A DNA stretch of 64,000 nt from a virus: positions 1 to 64,000 of the IMG/VR virus record IMGVR_UViG_3300036985_002638. The stretch is one strand, 5' to 3'. Each line of letters opens with the position of its first letter. The first letter of the stretch is position 1. Shown here one piece after another: positions 1 to 9,882 of the stretch. The notes beneath the pieces are model-generated. The model was not told where the DNA came from, searched no databases, and worked only from the letters and a program-made list of their open reading frames with translations. The translations under genes and the position numbers were made by a program.

Positions 1-2
1 CG

Positions 3-149
3 GAAGAAACTAAAAAAGATAGTGCTGAAGTAATGGCTGATTTAAAAGCAAAAGCTAAAGAATTAGGTATTAAAGGATTTGCACTACCTCACATGACAGA
101 AGCTAAATTAGTAGCTGCCATAGAAGAAGCAGAGAGTAAACTAGCATAA
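3..149 (+). CDS. 3' end of a gene truncated by the window edge; short helical C-terminal domain (Rho-N/HeH-like)
   Basis: Open frame EETKKD...LKAKAKELGIKGFALPHMTEAKLVAAIEEAESKLA* ending TAA at 147-149, followed by a terminator. Confidence 0.55.
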   Translation, partial: EETKKDSAEVMADLKAKAKELGIKGFALPHMTEAKLVAAIEEAESKLA

Positions 150-170
150 CTATAACTAAACACAAAACGA

Positions 171-201
171 AAGAGGGCGAGATAAAACTTGCCCTTTTTT
201 T
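171..201 (+). terminator. Rho-independent terminator
   Basis: AGGGCGAG-ataaaa-CTTGCCCT stem followed by a T-run. Confidence 0.75.
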
Positions 202-228
202 ATTTACTTTTATTAAAAATTTAACACA

Positions 229-1038
229 ATGAACGCTATACAAATAGGTTACGCAATAGACTTTTACACAAATCTTACCCACGCGTCAAGATTTTACAAC
301 ATAGAAAAGAATAAAGCTATGAATGATGCTATTATGAAAAAGATAGATAGCATAACAGATACAATCAATTCTAATCAATTAACAGGAATAGATAGAATCC
401 AAAAGTATAGAGATGAGTTATACACATTACTTAAAACAAGCTCAACTGCGCCGACAAACATAGGTACTTATAATACAGATGTTTACATTAACCATGTAGA
501 CTATCCAATAGATTACCAAACATTTGCCGCTTTAACATTAACCGTAGGCGGAAATACTACTTACGGAAGAGAAACTACTTATAACAAGCGTGGACCATTA
601 TTAGAATGTTCATTTAGAAAACCTACAAATAAAAAACCTTACTTCTTAGAAGATTCAACAGGATTACTTATTTATAAAGGAGATTCTAGTGCTATCACAT
701 CGTGTAAACTAGACTATATTAAACAGCCAGCAGTATTTAATATGGGAGATGAGAGTCAATATATTAATGCAGGAGCAGGTGTAGTGACTATTGGCGCTTC
801 TTACATAGCTACGGAGTTAAGTGTGCAAAATGGTGTTACTTATCAAATAGGAACTCAGTTTACGGCGGCTGTTACAACAACACTAGCAAGCGGACAAGTA
901 ATACTAGCTTCTAATACAACAACTACTGATATGCCTGAGAAATGTCAAGATGAATTAGTTAAATTGGCGGCAAGTATCTTATTAGGAGTAACAAGTGCTT
1001 TTGAAAATTCAGCTTTTGCAGAAAAAGAGACTAAGTAA
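229..1038 (+). CDS. Virion structural protein, probable head-tail connector/ring protein (crAss-like)
   Basis: 269 aa; LDYIKQP and C-terminal DMPEKCQDELVKLAA resemble crAss-like ring proteins; lies in structural module. Confidence 0.55.
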   Translation: MNAIQIGYAIDFYTNLTHASRFYNIEKNKAMNDAIMKKIDSITDTINSNQLTGIDRIQKYRDELYTLLKTSSTAPTNIGTYNTDVYINHVDYPIDYQTFAALTLTVGGNTTYGRETTYNKRGPLLECSFRKPTNKKPYFLEDSTGLLIYKGDSSAITSCKLDYIKQPAVFNMGDESQYINAGAGVVTIGASYIATELSVQNGVTYQIGTQFTAAVTTTLASGQVILASNTTTTDMPEKCQDELVKLAASILLGVTSAFENSAFAEKETK

Positions 1039-1100
1039 AATCGTATTAAAATAATATTTACATTTACATTATATAAACCAAATAAAAAACCAAAAAAACC

Positions 1101-2693
1101 ATGTCACAGAAAAACAAATCAGTATTGTTTAATACATCAGCAGGAAGCGATGTACAATACAGTGGCGGTGAAATCCTAATTGCTGGATTAGACGCTGTCA
1201 AATTATCAAGAGTGATTAATTTCTCTCAAATCAATTATCGTGCTGAAGTAGCACAAGTAATCACAATCGGAGCAACAGCTTACACTCCTACAGCTTCAAC
1301 AGCTTATTCGGTTGAAATCGGAGATGTAAACGTAAGAGACCATGGGTACACTTCTTCTTTAAAGAAGTTTACTTACACTACTCCAGATGATATTACTACA
1401 TTAGGAGCTTCTGCTGCTTTACAACGTGAGGCTATTACATTAAAATTAGTAGCTGAGATTAACGCAGGTTCTCCATTTGTAACTGCTGCTACCTTAACAT
1501 TAGGTAACGGATTTACAGTAACAGACAAAGCAGGATACTTCCCTTATAACCGTCAAGGTAATAATGGTCGTCAAGGTGCTTCTGTAGTTCGTCCAACAAC
1601 TAATACAGATGGAACAGGATTTGCTGCTTCTAACTTCGTATTAACAACTGCGGCTGTTTATGAGTTCGGTACAGGATTAAACTTGTTAAACAATGCTCCT
1701 GTTTACGATTTTATGACAGGTAACTTAATTTCAGGCGAAATTGAAACTCCTTTAACTGCTGCTGGAGCAACTGCGGTAAGTGGACAAAAATACAATATGT
1801 TCAATATTTCTTACTTAGATTTAGTTGCTTTGCCAACTGCATTTAACGGAACATCAAGAGTATATTTAGTTAAAAACCAAACTGCTTATGTAGATAATGG
1901 AGCTGGTGCTTCTACTGCTAACGCAACTGGTTATGCTGCATTTGAAAGAAATTTACAAAGAGGTATTTTATCAATTTATGCTGAAGATCAAGCTTCTATT
2001 GTAGAGTTTTTTGATGGCGCTCCTATTGCAGGCGCAAAAGCTGGTGGCGCTCCTGTCGGAACTACTGGTGCTGAAAATACACTACATTTATCTAGCGGAA
2101 ATGTTTTACATTATGCTATCTTAGGTGCTGGTCAAACATTAACTGCTCCCGCGTATGTAGCTACGGGTTTACAATTAGACTTAGATGCTGCTGATAACGA
2201 AGGTGCTGAGTACTCTGCTCCTGTAGATGCTGTTTCAGGTAAAGAGTTTGTAGTTGGTAAAACAGAATTTTCTTTAATTTGGAAAGCTTCTATTGCTGAC
2301 GTTTCAGATACAGATGATTGTTTAGTAGGTTTCCGTAAGAAAGAAGCTTATCAAGCTGCTGTAGATAATTATGATGAAATGGCTGCTTTCAATGTGAATT
2401 TAGGAGATATTTTTATTTCTACTATTTTAAATAACGCTGCAACAGTAGATACTGATACAACTTTAAATTGGGCAGATACAGAAGTTCATGAATTAGAAGT
2501 TAGAGTATTAAAAACTGGAGCTGTTAAGTTTTTGGTTGACGGAGTTGATAAAACTAGCGTTCAAACTACAGCTTATTCATTTGATGCGGGAGAAGTGGTT
2601 ATTCCATTTATTTATGTATTAAATGCTGCTGCTTCTGCTCCAACAGTAGTTGCTAGCAAGTTTGCTGCGGTTCCAGCTATTTGGAAAGCGTAA
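1101..2693 (+). CDS. Abundant virion structural protein (auxiliary capsid/decoration-like) with a C-terminal beta-sandwich domain
   Basis: 530 aa, Ala/Thr/Gly-rich, strongly biased codons (GCT/ACT), own terminator downstream. Confidence 0.55.
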   Translation: MSQKNKSVLFNTSAGSDVQYSGGEILIAGLDAVKLSRVINFSQINYRAEVAQVITIGATAYTPTASTAYSVEIGDVNVRDHGYTSSLKKFTYTTPDDITTLGASAALQREAITLKLVAEINAGSPFVTAATLTLGNGFTVTDKAGYFPYNRQGNNGRQGASVVRPTTNTDGTGFAASNFVLTTAAVYEFGTGLNLLNNAPVYDFMTGNLISGEIETPLTAAGATAVSGQKYNMFNISYLDLVALPTAFNGTSRVYLVKNQTAYVDNGAGASTANATGYAAFERNLQRGILSIYAEDQASIVEFFDGAPIAGAKAGGAPVGTTGAENTLHLSSGNVLHYAILGAGQTLTAPAYVATGLQLDLDAADNEGAEYSAPVDAVSGKEFVVGKTEFSLIWKASIADVSDTDDCLVGFRKKEAYQAAVDNYDEMAAFNVNLGDIFISTILNNAATVDTDTTLNWADTEVHELEVRVLKTGAVKFLVDGVDKTSVQTTAYSFDAGEVVIPFIYVLNAAASAPTVVASKFAAVPAIWKA

Positions 2694-2712
2694 TAATAAA
2701 TTAATTACAATT

Positions 2713-2747
2713 AAAAAGGCTTGGTGTAAAAAACTAAGCCTTTTTTT
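2713..2747 (+). terminator. Rho-independent terminator
   Basis: AAAAAGGCTTGG-tgtaaaaa-CTAAGCCTTTTTTTT. Confidence 0.8.
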
Positions 2748-2778
2748 ATTTATTTTTGATACATAAAAATTTAATAAA

Positions 2779-3117
2779 ATGAATGAAAACGCAAGTGCTG
2801 TAGTAAGGGCAATTAAACAGAAAAAAGAGTTAATAGCTGTAGGATACGAGAAGTTAACTGTAACAGGTGGAGCCGCTCAATCTTTAACCGTTCCAACATC
2901 TGCTGTTTATGCAGAGATTAGAGTTGAATCTGCGACTACTACTGGAATAATTATGAGGTATTTAATGCTAGGAGCTACAACTCCTCCAACAACTACAGAT
3001 GGTATGGCATTATCTTATTTAGATTTCTTTGATATTACAAATGGAGATAACGTGAGAAACTTTAGAGTTATTGCAGTTTCTTCGACTCATACTTTACATA
3101 TACAATACTATAAATAA
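2779..3117 (+). CDS. Small beta-rich virion protein (fibre module)
   Basis: 112 aa ORF opening the fibre gene cluster. Confidence 0.5.
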   Translation: MNENASAVVRAIKQKKELIAVGYEKLTVTGGAAQSLTVPTSAVYAEIRVESATTTGIIMRYLMLGATTPPTTTDGMALSYLDFFDITNGDNVRNFRVIAVSSTHTLHIQYYK

Positions 3118-3123
3118 TAAAAC

Positions 3124-3366
3124 ATGATTTCAGCTATTAAAAATATAAAAAGAGTATTTTCTCAAAATGGAGGTAGTGGCGGAGGTAGTAACCTAGAAAT
3201 AAAAGATAATGGTTCTACCTTAACAGCAGCAGCGACATCAATAGACTTTACTGGAGCTGGTGTAACTTCATCCGTAGTGGGCACAGCAGTTACTCTTAGT
3301 ATAACAGGAGGCGGTGGTGGAACATCATCAACAAGTAATTTATTTGCTTACTATAACTTTATATAA
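3124..3366 (+). CDS. Short fibre anchor/adaptor protein
   Basis: 80 aa, Gly-rich linkers, SIDFTGAGVT fibre motif, N-terminus similar to that of 6050..7540. Confidence 0.5.
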   Translation: MISAIKNIKRVFSQNGGSGGGSNLEIKDNGSTLTAAATSIDFTGAGVTSSVVGTAVTLSITGGGGGTSSTSNLFAYYNFI

Positions 3367-3378
3367 AAACAAAACAAT

Positions 3379-3636
3379 ATGATGACTTACACAGCCCCAG
3401 ATGGGCACATAATCGAATCTTTACCATATCCAAAGGTGGTAGTTTATGATTGCAAATGTTCAGAAATAGTAGATGGTATTTACTATTCTATTGAAACGAC
3501 TGGAGCACCGACTGAAATAGGAATACAACAAATTAATATTAAAAGAGCAGTTGATAATAATAATATGAGTATTGAAATAATAATGAGTTCAGATGAAGAA
3601 TTAATTGAATATCAAAATAATAATAAACTAATATAA
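3379..3636 (+). CDS. Hypothetical protein (fibre cluster)
   Basis: 85 aa ORF in tightly packed operon. Confidence 0.5.
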   Translation: MMTYTAPDGHIIESLPYPKVVVYDCKCSEIVDGIYYSIETTGAPTEIGIQQINIKRAVDNNNMSIEIIMSSDEELIEYQNNNKLI

Positions 3637-3637
3637 C

Positions 3638-4057
3638 ATGGCAGCAAATACAACACCAATTTTCGTAAAACAGGGTAATTTTACGCCCGCAAGAATAGCA
3701 GCAGCAAACACAGCATCTGATGGTTCTGGAACATTAGTAACATTAGTAACAGCAGTTACAGATGGAACAAGAGTAGATGGAGTTAGATTTATTAACTCGC
3801 AAGCTACGGCAGCAGTATCTGGTGCTAAAGTATTAAGAATATTTTTAACTGATACAGGTGGAGCAAATCCACGATTAATTGGTGAGGTAGCTATGGCAGC
3901 AGCTACTCGTTCAAATACAGTTATTGGAGCAACTTCAATTTATACTTTTGACCAAGCAATAGTAATGAAATCAGGACAGTTAATGTCAGTTTGTATGAGT
4001 GTTTATGTTGGCGTTCAAGACCAAACAGATGCTATTGCTTACGCAGGAGATTATTAA
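3638..4057 (+). CDS. Fibre-associated beta-sandwich protein
   Basis: 139 aa MAANTTPIF... type small structural protein directly before the beta-helix gene. Confidence 0.5.
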   Translation: MAANTTPIFVKQGNFTPARIAAANTASDGSGTLVTLVTAVTDGTRVDGVRFINSQATAAVSGAKVLRIFLTDTGGANPRLIGEVAMAAATRSNTVIGATSIYTFDQAIVMKSGQLMSVCMSVYVGVQDQTDAIAYAGDY

Positions 4058-4059
4058 TT

Positions 4060-6021
4060 ATGGCAGCTAGAACAGTTAGTAATACAGGTGGTAATTGGGA
4101 CGCTGTAGCAACTTGGGTTGGTGGTGTAGTACCTATTGCTGGAGATACTGTAGATTTTACCGCAACAAGTGGAAATCTTACCGTTAATGTTACAACAGCA
4201 ACATTAGTAGGGATAAATTTTACTAACTATTTAGGAATAATTACATTTAATGCTAATATAGCAGTTAACACATCAGTTAATTTAGGAACAGTTGGATATA
4301 CTCAAGCTGGTAGTGGAACTTTTGGATTAACAATTAGCACTACTACAACAATTACATCAAATGGAGTTGTTTGGAATAATTTATTAGCTTTTTTTGGAAG
4401 TAGTCAAACGTACACATTAGCAGATAATTTGACAGTTACTGGAAATATAACTATATCTGGAACTGGTTCAACAACTTTTACAGGTAACACTTTATATATA
4501 AGTGGTAATTTAACAATTACAACTACAACAACAATTGTTGGTGGAACAGAATTTGTTTTTAATGGAACTGGAACTTGGGCTCATTCATCTACTGGAGTTA
4601 TACAAAATAATGTTACCATTAACACTACTGGAACTCTGACAATAGGCGCTAATATCTATTACAATACAGGTATCCTAACTTACACAGCAGGAACAGTTGA
4701 TACAACAACTAATAATAGCACTTTAAATATAGGGGCATCTACTACTTTAGATACAGATAGAGGAGTAACTAAAATAACTTGGAATAATATAAGGACAAAT
4801 AGTACAATTACATTAACATTATCAAGTAATTTAAACACTACTAATTTGTATCTAAACAATGTTTTAAGTTTTGTATTGGGTGGAAATAACTTATCAATAT
4901 CAGATACTTTAATTATAGGATACGCAACTGGTTCAACTACATTTAATACACCTCAAAATTTACAAGTAACTAATTTATTATTAGGTAATGGTTTTGCTAG
5001 TAATCACATATTAAATGGTTTATTTACAATATCAGTATCGGGTAATTTAACTCAAAATCAAGGCGCTGGCACTTCATCAGGTACAACTTCAATTTTATTA
5101 AATGGAACAGGAACTTGGAGTAATACTAGCACAGGAGCTTTACAAAGCAATTTAACAATAAATACTATTGGAGATATAACTATAAGTGGAAATGTTTATT
5201 ACTCTACAGGCACATTTATTCACACATTAGGAAATGTAGTTACTACAAATAGTACTCTAAATATAGGTTCTACAGCTACGATAAATGCAAGTGAAATATT
5301 TTGGAATAATATTATATTTGGTACTGGAACACAAACTTTAATAAGTAACTTAAATTGTAAAAATTTAACATCTGGAGGAGCGTCAACTAATACTATAAAT
5401 GGTTTATTTAATATAAATGTAAGTGGGAATTTAACCGCAAATGGAATTGTACTAGGCACATCTACTATTATATTAATTGGTACAGGGCTTTGGACTTCTC
5501 TTAATTCTTCTAACACTTTTAGAACACCTGTAATTATTAACGCAAATGGAATTATAACATTAGCAAACACTTTAGAGTGCGGAGGTAATTTAACATATAT
5601 TAAAGGAACTGTAAAAGCGAATAATACAACTATTAGTTTTACCACATCCACATTAATAAATTTACATAAATTAATTTTTAAAAATGTTTTACTAGGTGCT
5701 AGTTCAACTATTACAATGAATGAATTTTTTAGTGGTAGCCCATCACTTGTAACTAACGTAAATTCAACAAGTGGCTCAAATTACACAATAGCTTTTCAAG
5801 ATGGTTTTGAAAAAATATCTAAATTTGTAAATATTAGCAGTTGCACATTGTCAAAACCTTTACAATTATTGGTTCTTACAAAGAGTAAAATAAATTCAAG
5901 AAATAGTGGAATAAGATATATTAATCAATCTCCTAATGGAATAGCAAAGAATAAACCAAGTATTATAAACCAAACAACTTACAATAGCCAGATGTTAATT
6001 AGTGACCCTGGAATGAAATAA
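4060..6021 (+). CDS. Tail spike / receptor-binding protein, beta-helix repeat
   Basis: Start reassigned to ATG 4060 (MAARTVSNTGGNWD..TWVGGVVP); Thr/Asn/Gly-rich with three repeats of (N/I)GTG(T/L)W...N.TIN..G.(L/I)T. Confidence 0.7.
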   Translation: MAARTVSNTGGNWDAVATWVGGVVPIAGDTVDFTATSGNLTVNVTTATLVGINFTNYLGIITFNANIAVNTSVNLGTVGYTQAGSGTFGLTISTTTTITSNGVVWNNLLAFFGSSQTYTLADNLTVTGNITISGTGSTTFTGNTLYISGNLTITTTTTIVGGTEFVFNGTGTWAHSSTGVIQNNVTINTTGTLTIGANIYYNTGILTYTAGTVDTTTNNSTLNIGASTTLDTDRGVTKITWNNIRTNSTITLTLSSNLNTTNLYLNNVLSFVLGGNNLSISDTLIIGYATGSTTFNTPQNLQVTNLLLGNGFASNHILNGLFTISVSGNLTQNQGAGTSSGTTSILLNGTGTWSNTSTGALQSNLTINTIGDITISGNVYYSTGTFIHTLGNVVTTNSTLNIGSTATINASEIFWNNIIFGTGTQTLISNLNCKNLTSGGASTNTINGLFNINVSGNLTANGIVLGTSTIILIGTGLWTSLNSSNTFRTPVIINANGIITLANTLECGGNLTYIKGTVKANNTTISFTTSTLINLHKLIFKNVLLGASSTITMNEFFSGSPSLVTNVNSTSGSNYTIAFQDGFEKISKFVNISSCTLSKPLQLLVLTKSKINSRNSGIRYINQSPNGIAKNKPSIINQTTYNSQMLISDPGMK

Positions 6022-6049
6022 AAATTTTAAATTAATATCAATAACAAAC

Positions 6050-7540
6050 ATGGGACAGTCAGCAGTAAAGAATCCTAGAAAAATATTCAGTCAAGCTGGG
6101 GCAGACCCTGCATTAAATAATCGTGTAACAAATTTAGAAAATAATGAATACAAAATTACATATTATGAGATTGTGTCAGGAACAAGCGGAAGCCTCACAA
6201 TCCCAGCAAACTCAACCATTAACTCAGATGAGTTTGGTTTATCGGGTAATGCAATACTTTCAAAGATTGATGGCTCAAATAAACCAACGTATGAAAGCCC
6301 TCAGACAGTAGGTGGAGTTGTAGTAACAGCATCTCTTAATACTACTACAGGAGCATGGACATCATCAGGAACTTATACAGATACTAGTGTAGCTTTAATC
6401 TATTCAATTAAGATTAAAGCAGTATATTATTCTACTTTAAATTATGATAGAATAATTGAAACTGTAGATTTAGCTGTAACAAAAACTTCTGATTTAATAA
6501 ATGATGGTGATGATGGAGTATCTCACTTTATATCTTTAAATGATTTACCTTCTAATCTTATATTGTACCCTACAACGGCGTCAAGTGATGTTAGCGGATA
6601 CTTTAAATTAGTAAATAGCATAACAGACCCTAGCTATAATTCAGTTGCTGTAAATGTAAGTACAGGAGCAATAACAACAACGGCTCAATTAATATCTTCA
6701 TTAGCTACAAGTGCAAATATATTAGTTGGCAATCCAGGTGTATTCAATATTTCAACAATAGGTAATATACGAAAAACAAGTGGTAGTGGTACTGCTGATT
6801 TTTATTTTGAAGCTTATAAAAGAGATTCTATTGGAACAGAAACACTTATAACCACATCAATTAATACTACACCTGTAACAAATGCCCTTTATTCTGAATT
6901 TTCAACAACTGGTTTATGGAATAATGGTGATTTTGTATCAACAGATAGAATAGTTTTAAAGTTCTATGCTAATAGAATAACTGGTGGTTCAGACCCTACT
7001 TATGACTTTCAATTTGGAGGAACTGCTCCAGTTAGAACTCTAGTACCTATACCTTTAAATGTGGCTCCTAGTAATTCAATTCAAATTGTATCTAAAGACA
7101 TTACTGATAGCACAGCCTTAACAGGTACAACTGCTATAACTTTAATGAAGTCGGTATTAATACCTGCTAATACTTATGTAACTGGGGATGTAGTTAAAAT
7201 ATTAAATAGAGCTATTAGAAATACAGCAACTGGTACTGCTAGTAATTTATTTTACATTAATACATCTAATACTTTAACAGGTGCAACGCTTGTTGGTACT
7301 CAATCAGCTGCTTCAAGGTATTATGCAAATGAGCGTAATTTATACATTAAGTCAACAACAATTAGTGAAACTATTGATGTTACTACTTCAATTAGTAGTG
7401 ACGCAAATGTATCTTCAGCAAATGCAAATAGCAATTTAAATATTAATTGGGGTGTTAATCAATATATTATTGCAGCTTTCCAAAATGCAGCGGTGGGTAA
7501 TAGTACGGTAATGAGTTCACTAATTATACAAAAATTCTAA
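6050..7540 (+). CDS. Tail fibre protein
   Basis: 496 aa, Ser/Thr-rich mosaic; TKTSDLINDG linker seen in phage fibres. Confidence 0.65.
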   Translation: MGQSAVKNPRKIFSQAGADPALNNRVTNLENNEYKITYYEIVSGTSGSLTIPANSTINSDEFGLSGNAILSKIDGSNKPTYESPQTVGGVVVTASLNTTTGAWTSSGTYTDTSVALIYSIKIKAVYYSTLNYDRIIETVDLAVTKTSDLINDGDDGVSHFISLNDLPSNLILYPTTASSDVSGYFKLVNSITDPSYNSVAVNVSTGAITTTAQLISSLATSANILVGNPGVFNISTIGNIRKTSGSGTADFYFEAYKRDSIGTETLITTSINTTPVTNALYSEFSTTGLWNNGDFVSTDRIVLKFYANRITGGSDPTYDFQFGGTAPVRTLVPIPLNVAPSNSIQIVSKDITDSTALTGTTAITLMKSVLIPANTYVTGDVVKILNRAIRNTATGTASNLFYINTSNTLTGATLVGTQSAASRYYANERNLYIKSTTISETIDVTTSISSDANVSSANANSNLNINWGVNQYIIAAFQNAAVGNSTVMSSLIIQKF

Positions 7541-7743
7541 TGGAAAATTTAATTAAAAAAGATAATACAATTACTTGGCGAAATATTGAAAACGCTGAAA
7601 TAATTGACGTTCAAAAATTAGATGAATTGGCTTTGAATTTAACCTTAGCAGAATATAACACTTATTATTTTGACTATCCAAATACTAGCGTAAATGACAT
7701 TAACTATAAAAATATTGACGAATTAATTAATGCTTTAAAATAA
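7540..7743 (+). CDS. Small protein after fibre (possible fibre chaperone)
   Basis: 67 aa, translationally coupled to the fibre gene. Confidence 0.4.
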   Translation: MENLIKKDNTITWRNIENAEIIDVQKLDELALNLTLAEYNTYYFDYPNTSVNDINYKNIDELINALK

Positions 7744-7759
7744 AAGAACTTAAAAGACT

Positions 7760-8158
7760 ATGAATGCCTCAGAATTAATATTTGGAATAAAAGACGTAGT
7801 AGCAATTATCATAGGATTAGGTTCTATAGTTAGTTTTGTTTATGTTATAAAATCAAGTTCAGAAAAAGCTAACATTAAAATATCTGAAGTTAATGATGAA
7901 TTAGATGAATTTAAAAAAGTTGTAAATGAGAAGTTTTTACATTCTAAAAATACAAAAAAAGCAACAGTAGAATATATCATGGATACAGTAGAAAAAAAAG
8001 AGAATTTAATTTACAGTAAAATAACTGAAATAAAAAGTGAACAAGAAGTGGCTCACAATAAGTTATGGAACAAGTTAGACACTGTAGAAAAGATGCAGCA
8101 AAACATTAGTAATAATTTAGCTGAACTAACAGGTTATTTAAAAGCTAAAAATATTTAG
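7760..8158 (+). CDS. Membrane protein, putative holin/antiholin
   Basis: One N-terminal TM segment (VVAIIIGLGSIVSFVYVI) plus coiled coil; upstream of putative lysin. Confidence 0.5.
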   Translation: MNASELIFGIKDVVAIIIGLGSIVSFVYVIKSSSEKANIKISEVNDELDEFKKVVNEKFLHSKNTKKATVEYIMDTVEKKENLIYSKITEIKSEQEVAHNKLWNKLDTVEKMQQNISNNLAELTGYLKAKNI

Positions 8159-8279
8159 TTCAGAATATAAAAACTAATAACTGAAAGGATTAGAAAGAAA
8201 AGCATCCGCAATTTTGCGTAGTGATGCTTGTAAGATATTAATGCCAAATAAAAAAGTTTAATATTAAAAAATTAGTAGT

Positions 8280-8894
8280 ATGAGTAGAACTTATAATCAA
8301 ATAGAACAAGCTGTTAGGTCACTTGGATATAAATGGTTTACGGCACCACATTCTTTAAATTATGTTTGGGAAAGAACTTCATTTGAAGCCACAAATAAAT
8401 TTACTGATTATTTACATATTTGTTATCAAGGAAATCATGGGGACAAAGTGATATTAACAATTCCAGCAACAACAAAACCAGGATTAAAAGGTTCGTTATT
8501 AGAACCTACAACTGTTGAAGGTATTAAAGGAACAGCAGTTATAGAAAGTCCTCAACAAGTATTAGGTGGATGGGAATTTAAGGATACTACAAAAGAATTT
8601 AGTTCATATCCATATTTCAGACAAGTTGGTAAGGTTAATTATTGGAGAGATGGAAATAAAGACACTTTTATTGATAAAGTTCAAAGGCAAATAGCAAAGA
8701 TATTTGGCACACATTGGCACAGAATGAGTCAAAATAATACTTATGGAAGTGGATTAGTTAATAATTGGAGTTTAGGCTGCTTCGGAAGCCCAGAGCCTGA
8801 ATTTGAAAAGATATTACCTATTACAAGAATATCGTGTGGTATTTATGGGAATAAGGTTACTGGAACAATCATAGAATCTAAACATATAATTTAA
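8280..8894 (+). CDS. Putative endolysin with an L,D-transpeptidase (YkuD)-like catalytic motif
   Basis: 204 aa; GTHWH...NNWSLGC matches the His...Ser-x-Gly-Cys motif; flanked by membrane proteins. Confidence 0.55.
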   Translation: MSRTYNQIEQAVRSLGYKWFTAPHSLNYVWERTSFEATNKFTDYLHICYQGNHGDKVILTIPATTKPGLKGSLLEPTTVEGIKGTAVIESPQQVLGGWEFKDTTKEFSSYPYFRQVGKVNYWRDGNKDTFIDKVQRQIAKIFGTHWHRMSQNNTYGSGLVNNWSLGCFGSPEPEFEKILPITRISCGIYGNKVTGTIIESKHII

Positions 8895-8905
8895 AAAATT
8901 AAGAT

Positions 8906-9121
8906 ATGAAAAAGTATAAAGTATATTTCTCGGTATTTAATTTATTCGGAAATACTCAATCAGAGATTGTAAAATTACAGCAATACGCAAAAGGTATAGT
9001 AAGTGCCATTGCAGGAATGACATGGTATGAATCTAATGCTACTTATGCTATTTATGTAGGTATAGGAGGTGTTGTATTAGATACGTTATTAGCTTGTTTA
9101 TATTTAGAAGAAAAGAACTAA
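8906..9121 (+). CDS. Small membrane protein, putative holin
   Basis: 71 aa with two hydrophobic segments, next to the putative lysin. Confidence 0.45.
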   Translation: MKKYKVYFSVFNLFGNTQSEIVKLQQYAKGIVSAIAGMTWYESNATYAIYVGIGGVVLDTLLACLYLEEKN

Positions 9122-9756
9122 TGGAAATTTCAGTAGTTAAATATTGGTTAGGGGTAATAGGCAGGGGCATAGTAATATTACTTGCTTGTTTATTTGTATT
9201 TAGATATTGTGGCGGATGCGAGAATAAAATTGAAGTAGCTAAAAATGATAATAGTCAGTATTTTGCTAAGATGAAGTCAGATAGTATGATAATTGTTAGC
9301 TTAATGAAAAAACAATACCAAGACAGTTTAAATACAATAGCTTCAAAACGCTCAGAAGACTCGATTAAGGTAATTGCAGACAATAATGAGATGTTGTATA
9401 GAAGTTCATCTAAAAGAGTTAGAGAATTACTTGCTAGAGGTATTTGTGATACTGTATTGATAAAGATTGCTATGAATGATTGCGATAGTACTATTAAATC
9501 AAAAGATGCTTTACTTGCTCAGAAAGATTCTACTAATAAAAGTGTTAATGAAGAGTTAAGTACAGTAAAAGAAGAGTTAGTTATAAGTAAAGGAATGGTT
9601 GTGACGGCGCAAACAATAATTAAAAATCAAGCGGAGGACTATAAAACTCTTGAAAAGGAGTCTAAAAAAGCTTTAAGAAAACAAAAGATTAAAACAATAG
9701 GCGCTATTATAGTTGCATCAATTACAGAAGTTTTAACTATATTTGCTTTGAAATAA
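9121..9756 (+). CDS. Putative spanin-like protein
   Basis: Start likely ATG 9121 (MEISVVK); N-terminal TM segment with Cys, long coiled coil, C-terminal hydrophobic segment. Confidence 0.5.
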   Translation: MEISVVKYWLGVIGRGIVILLACLFVFRYCGGCENKIEVAKNDNSQYFAKMKSDSMIIVSLMKKQYQDSLNTIASKRSEDSIKVIADNNEMLYRSSSKRVRELLARGICDTVLIKIAMNDCDSTIKSKDALLAQKDSTNKSVNEELSTVKEELVISKGMVVTAQTIIKNQAEDYKTLEKESKKALRKQKIKTIGAIIVASITEVLTIFALK

Positions 9757-9790
9757 ATCTAGGGTCGCAATCTTGAATTTAATTACAACT

Positions 9791-9817
9791 AGCCTTGCAG
9801 AAATGTAAGGCTTTTTT
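9791..9817 (+). terminator. Rho-independent terminator
   Basis: AGCCTTGCA-gaaa-TGTAAGGCT followed by a T-run. Confidence 0.8.
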
Positions 9818-9833
9818 AATTCAACTTTGAGTT
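9818..9833. promoter_or_regulatory. 16-bp palindrome AAYTCAAnnTTGARTT (first of 13 copies)
   Basis: AATTCAACTTTGAGTT; other copies at 16337, 24787, 36773, 43256, 48928, 50406, 52197, 53601, 56183, 59184, 61226, 62421. Confidence 0.7.
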
Positions 9834-9882
9834 AAAAACCATTAATTATTTTCGTTACATTTGAAGTATAAATAAGTAGAAT

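Noticed and set aside
3991-4059. ORF-track starts at 3991, 9094, 49644, 55029 and 60850
   Set aside because: The extensions overlap upstream genes or leader structures. Downstream ATGs (4060, 9121, 49584, 54981, 60802) fit operon packing better.
4060-7540. Diversity-generating retroelement acting on the fibres
   Set aside because: No reverse transcriptase and no TR/VR pair differing at adenines were seen. Internal repeats are protein-level beta-helix repeats.
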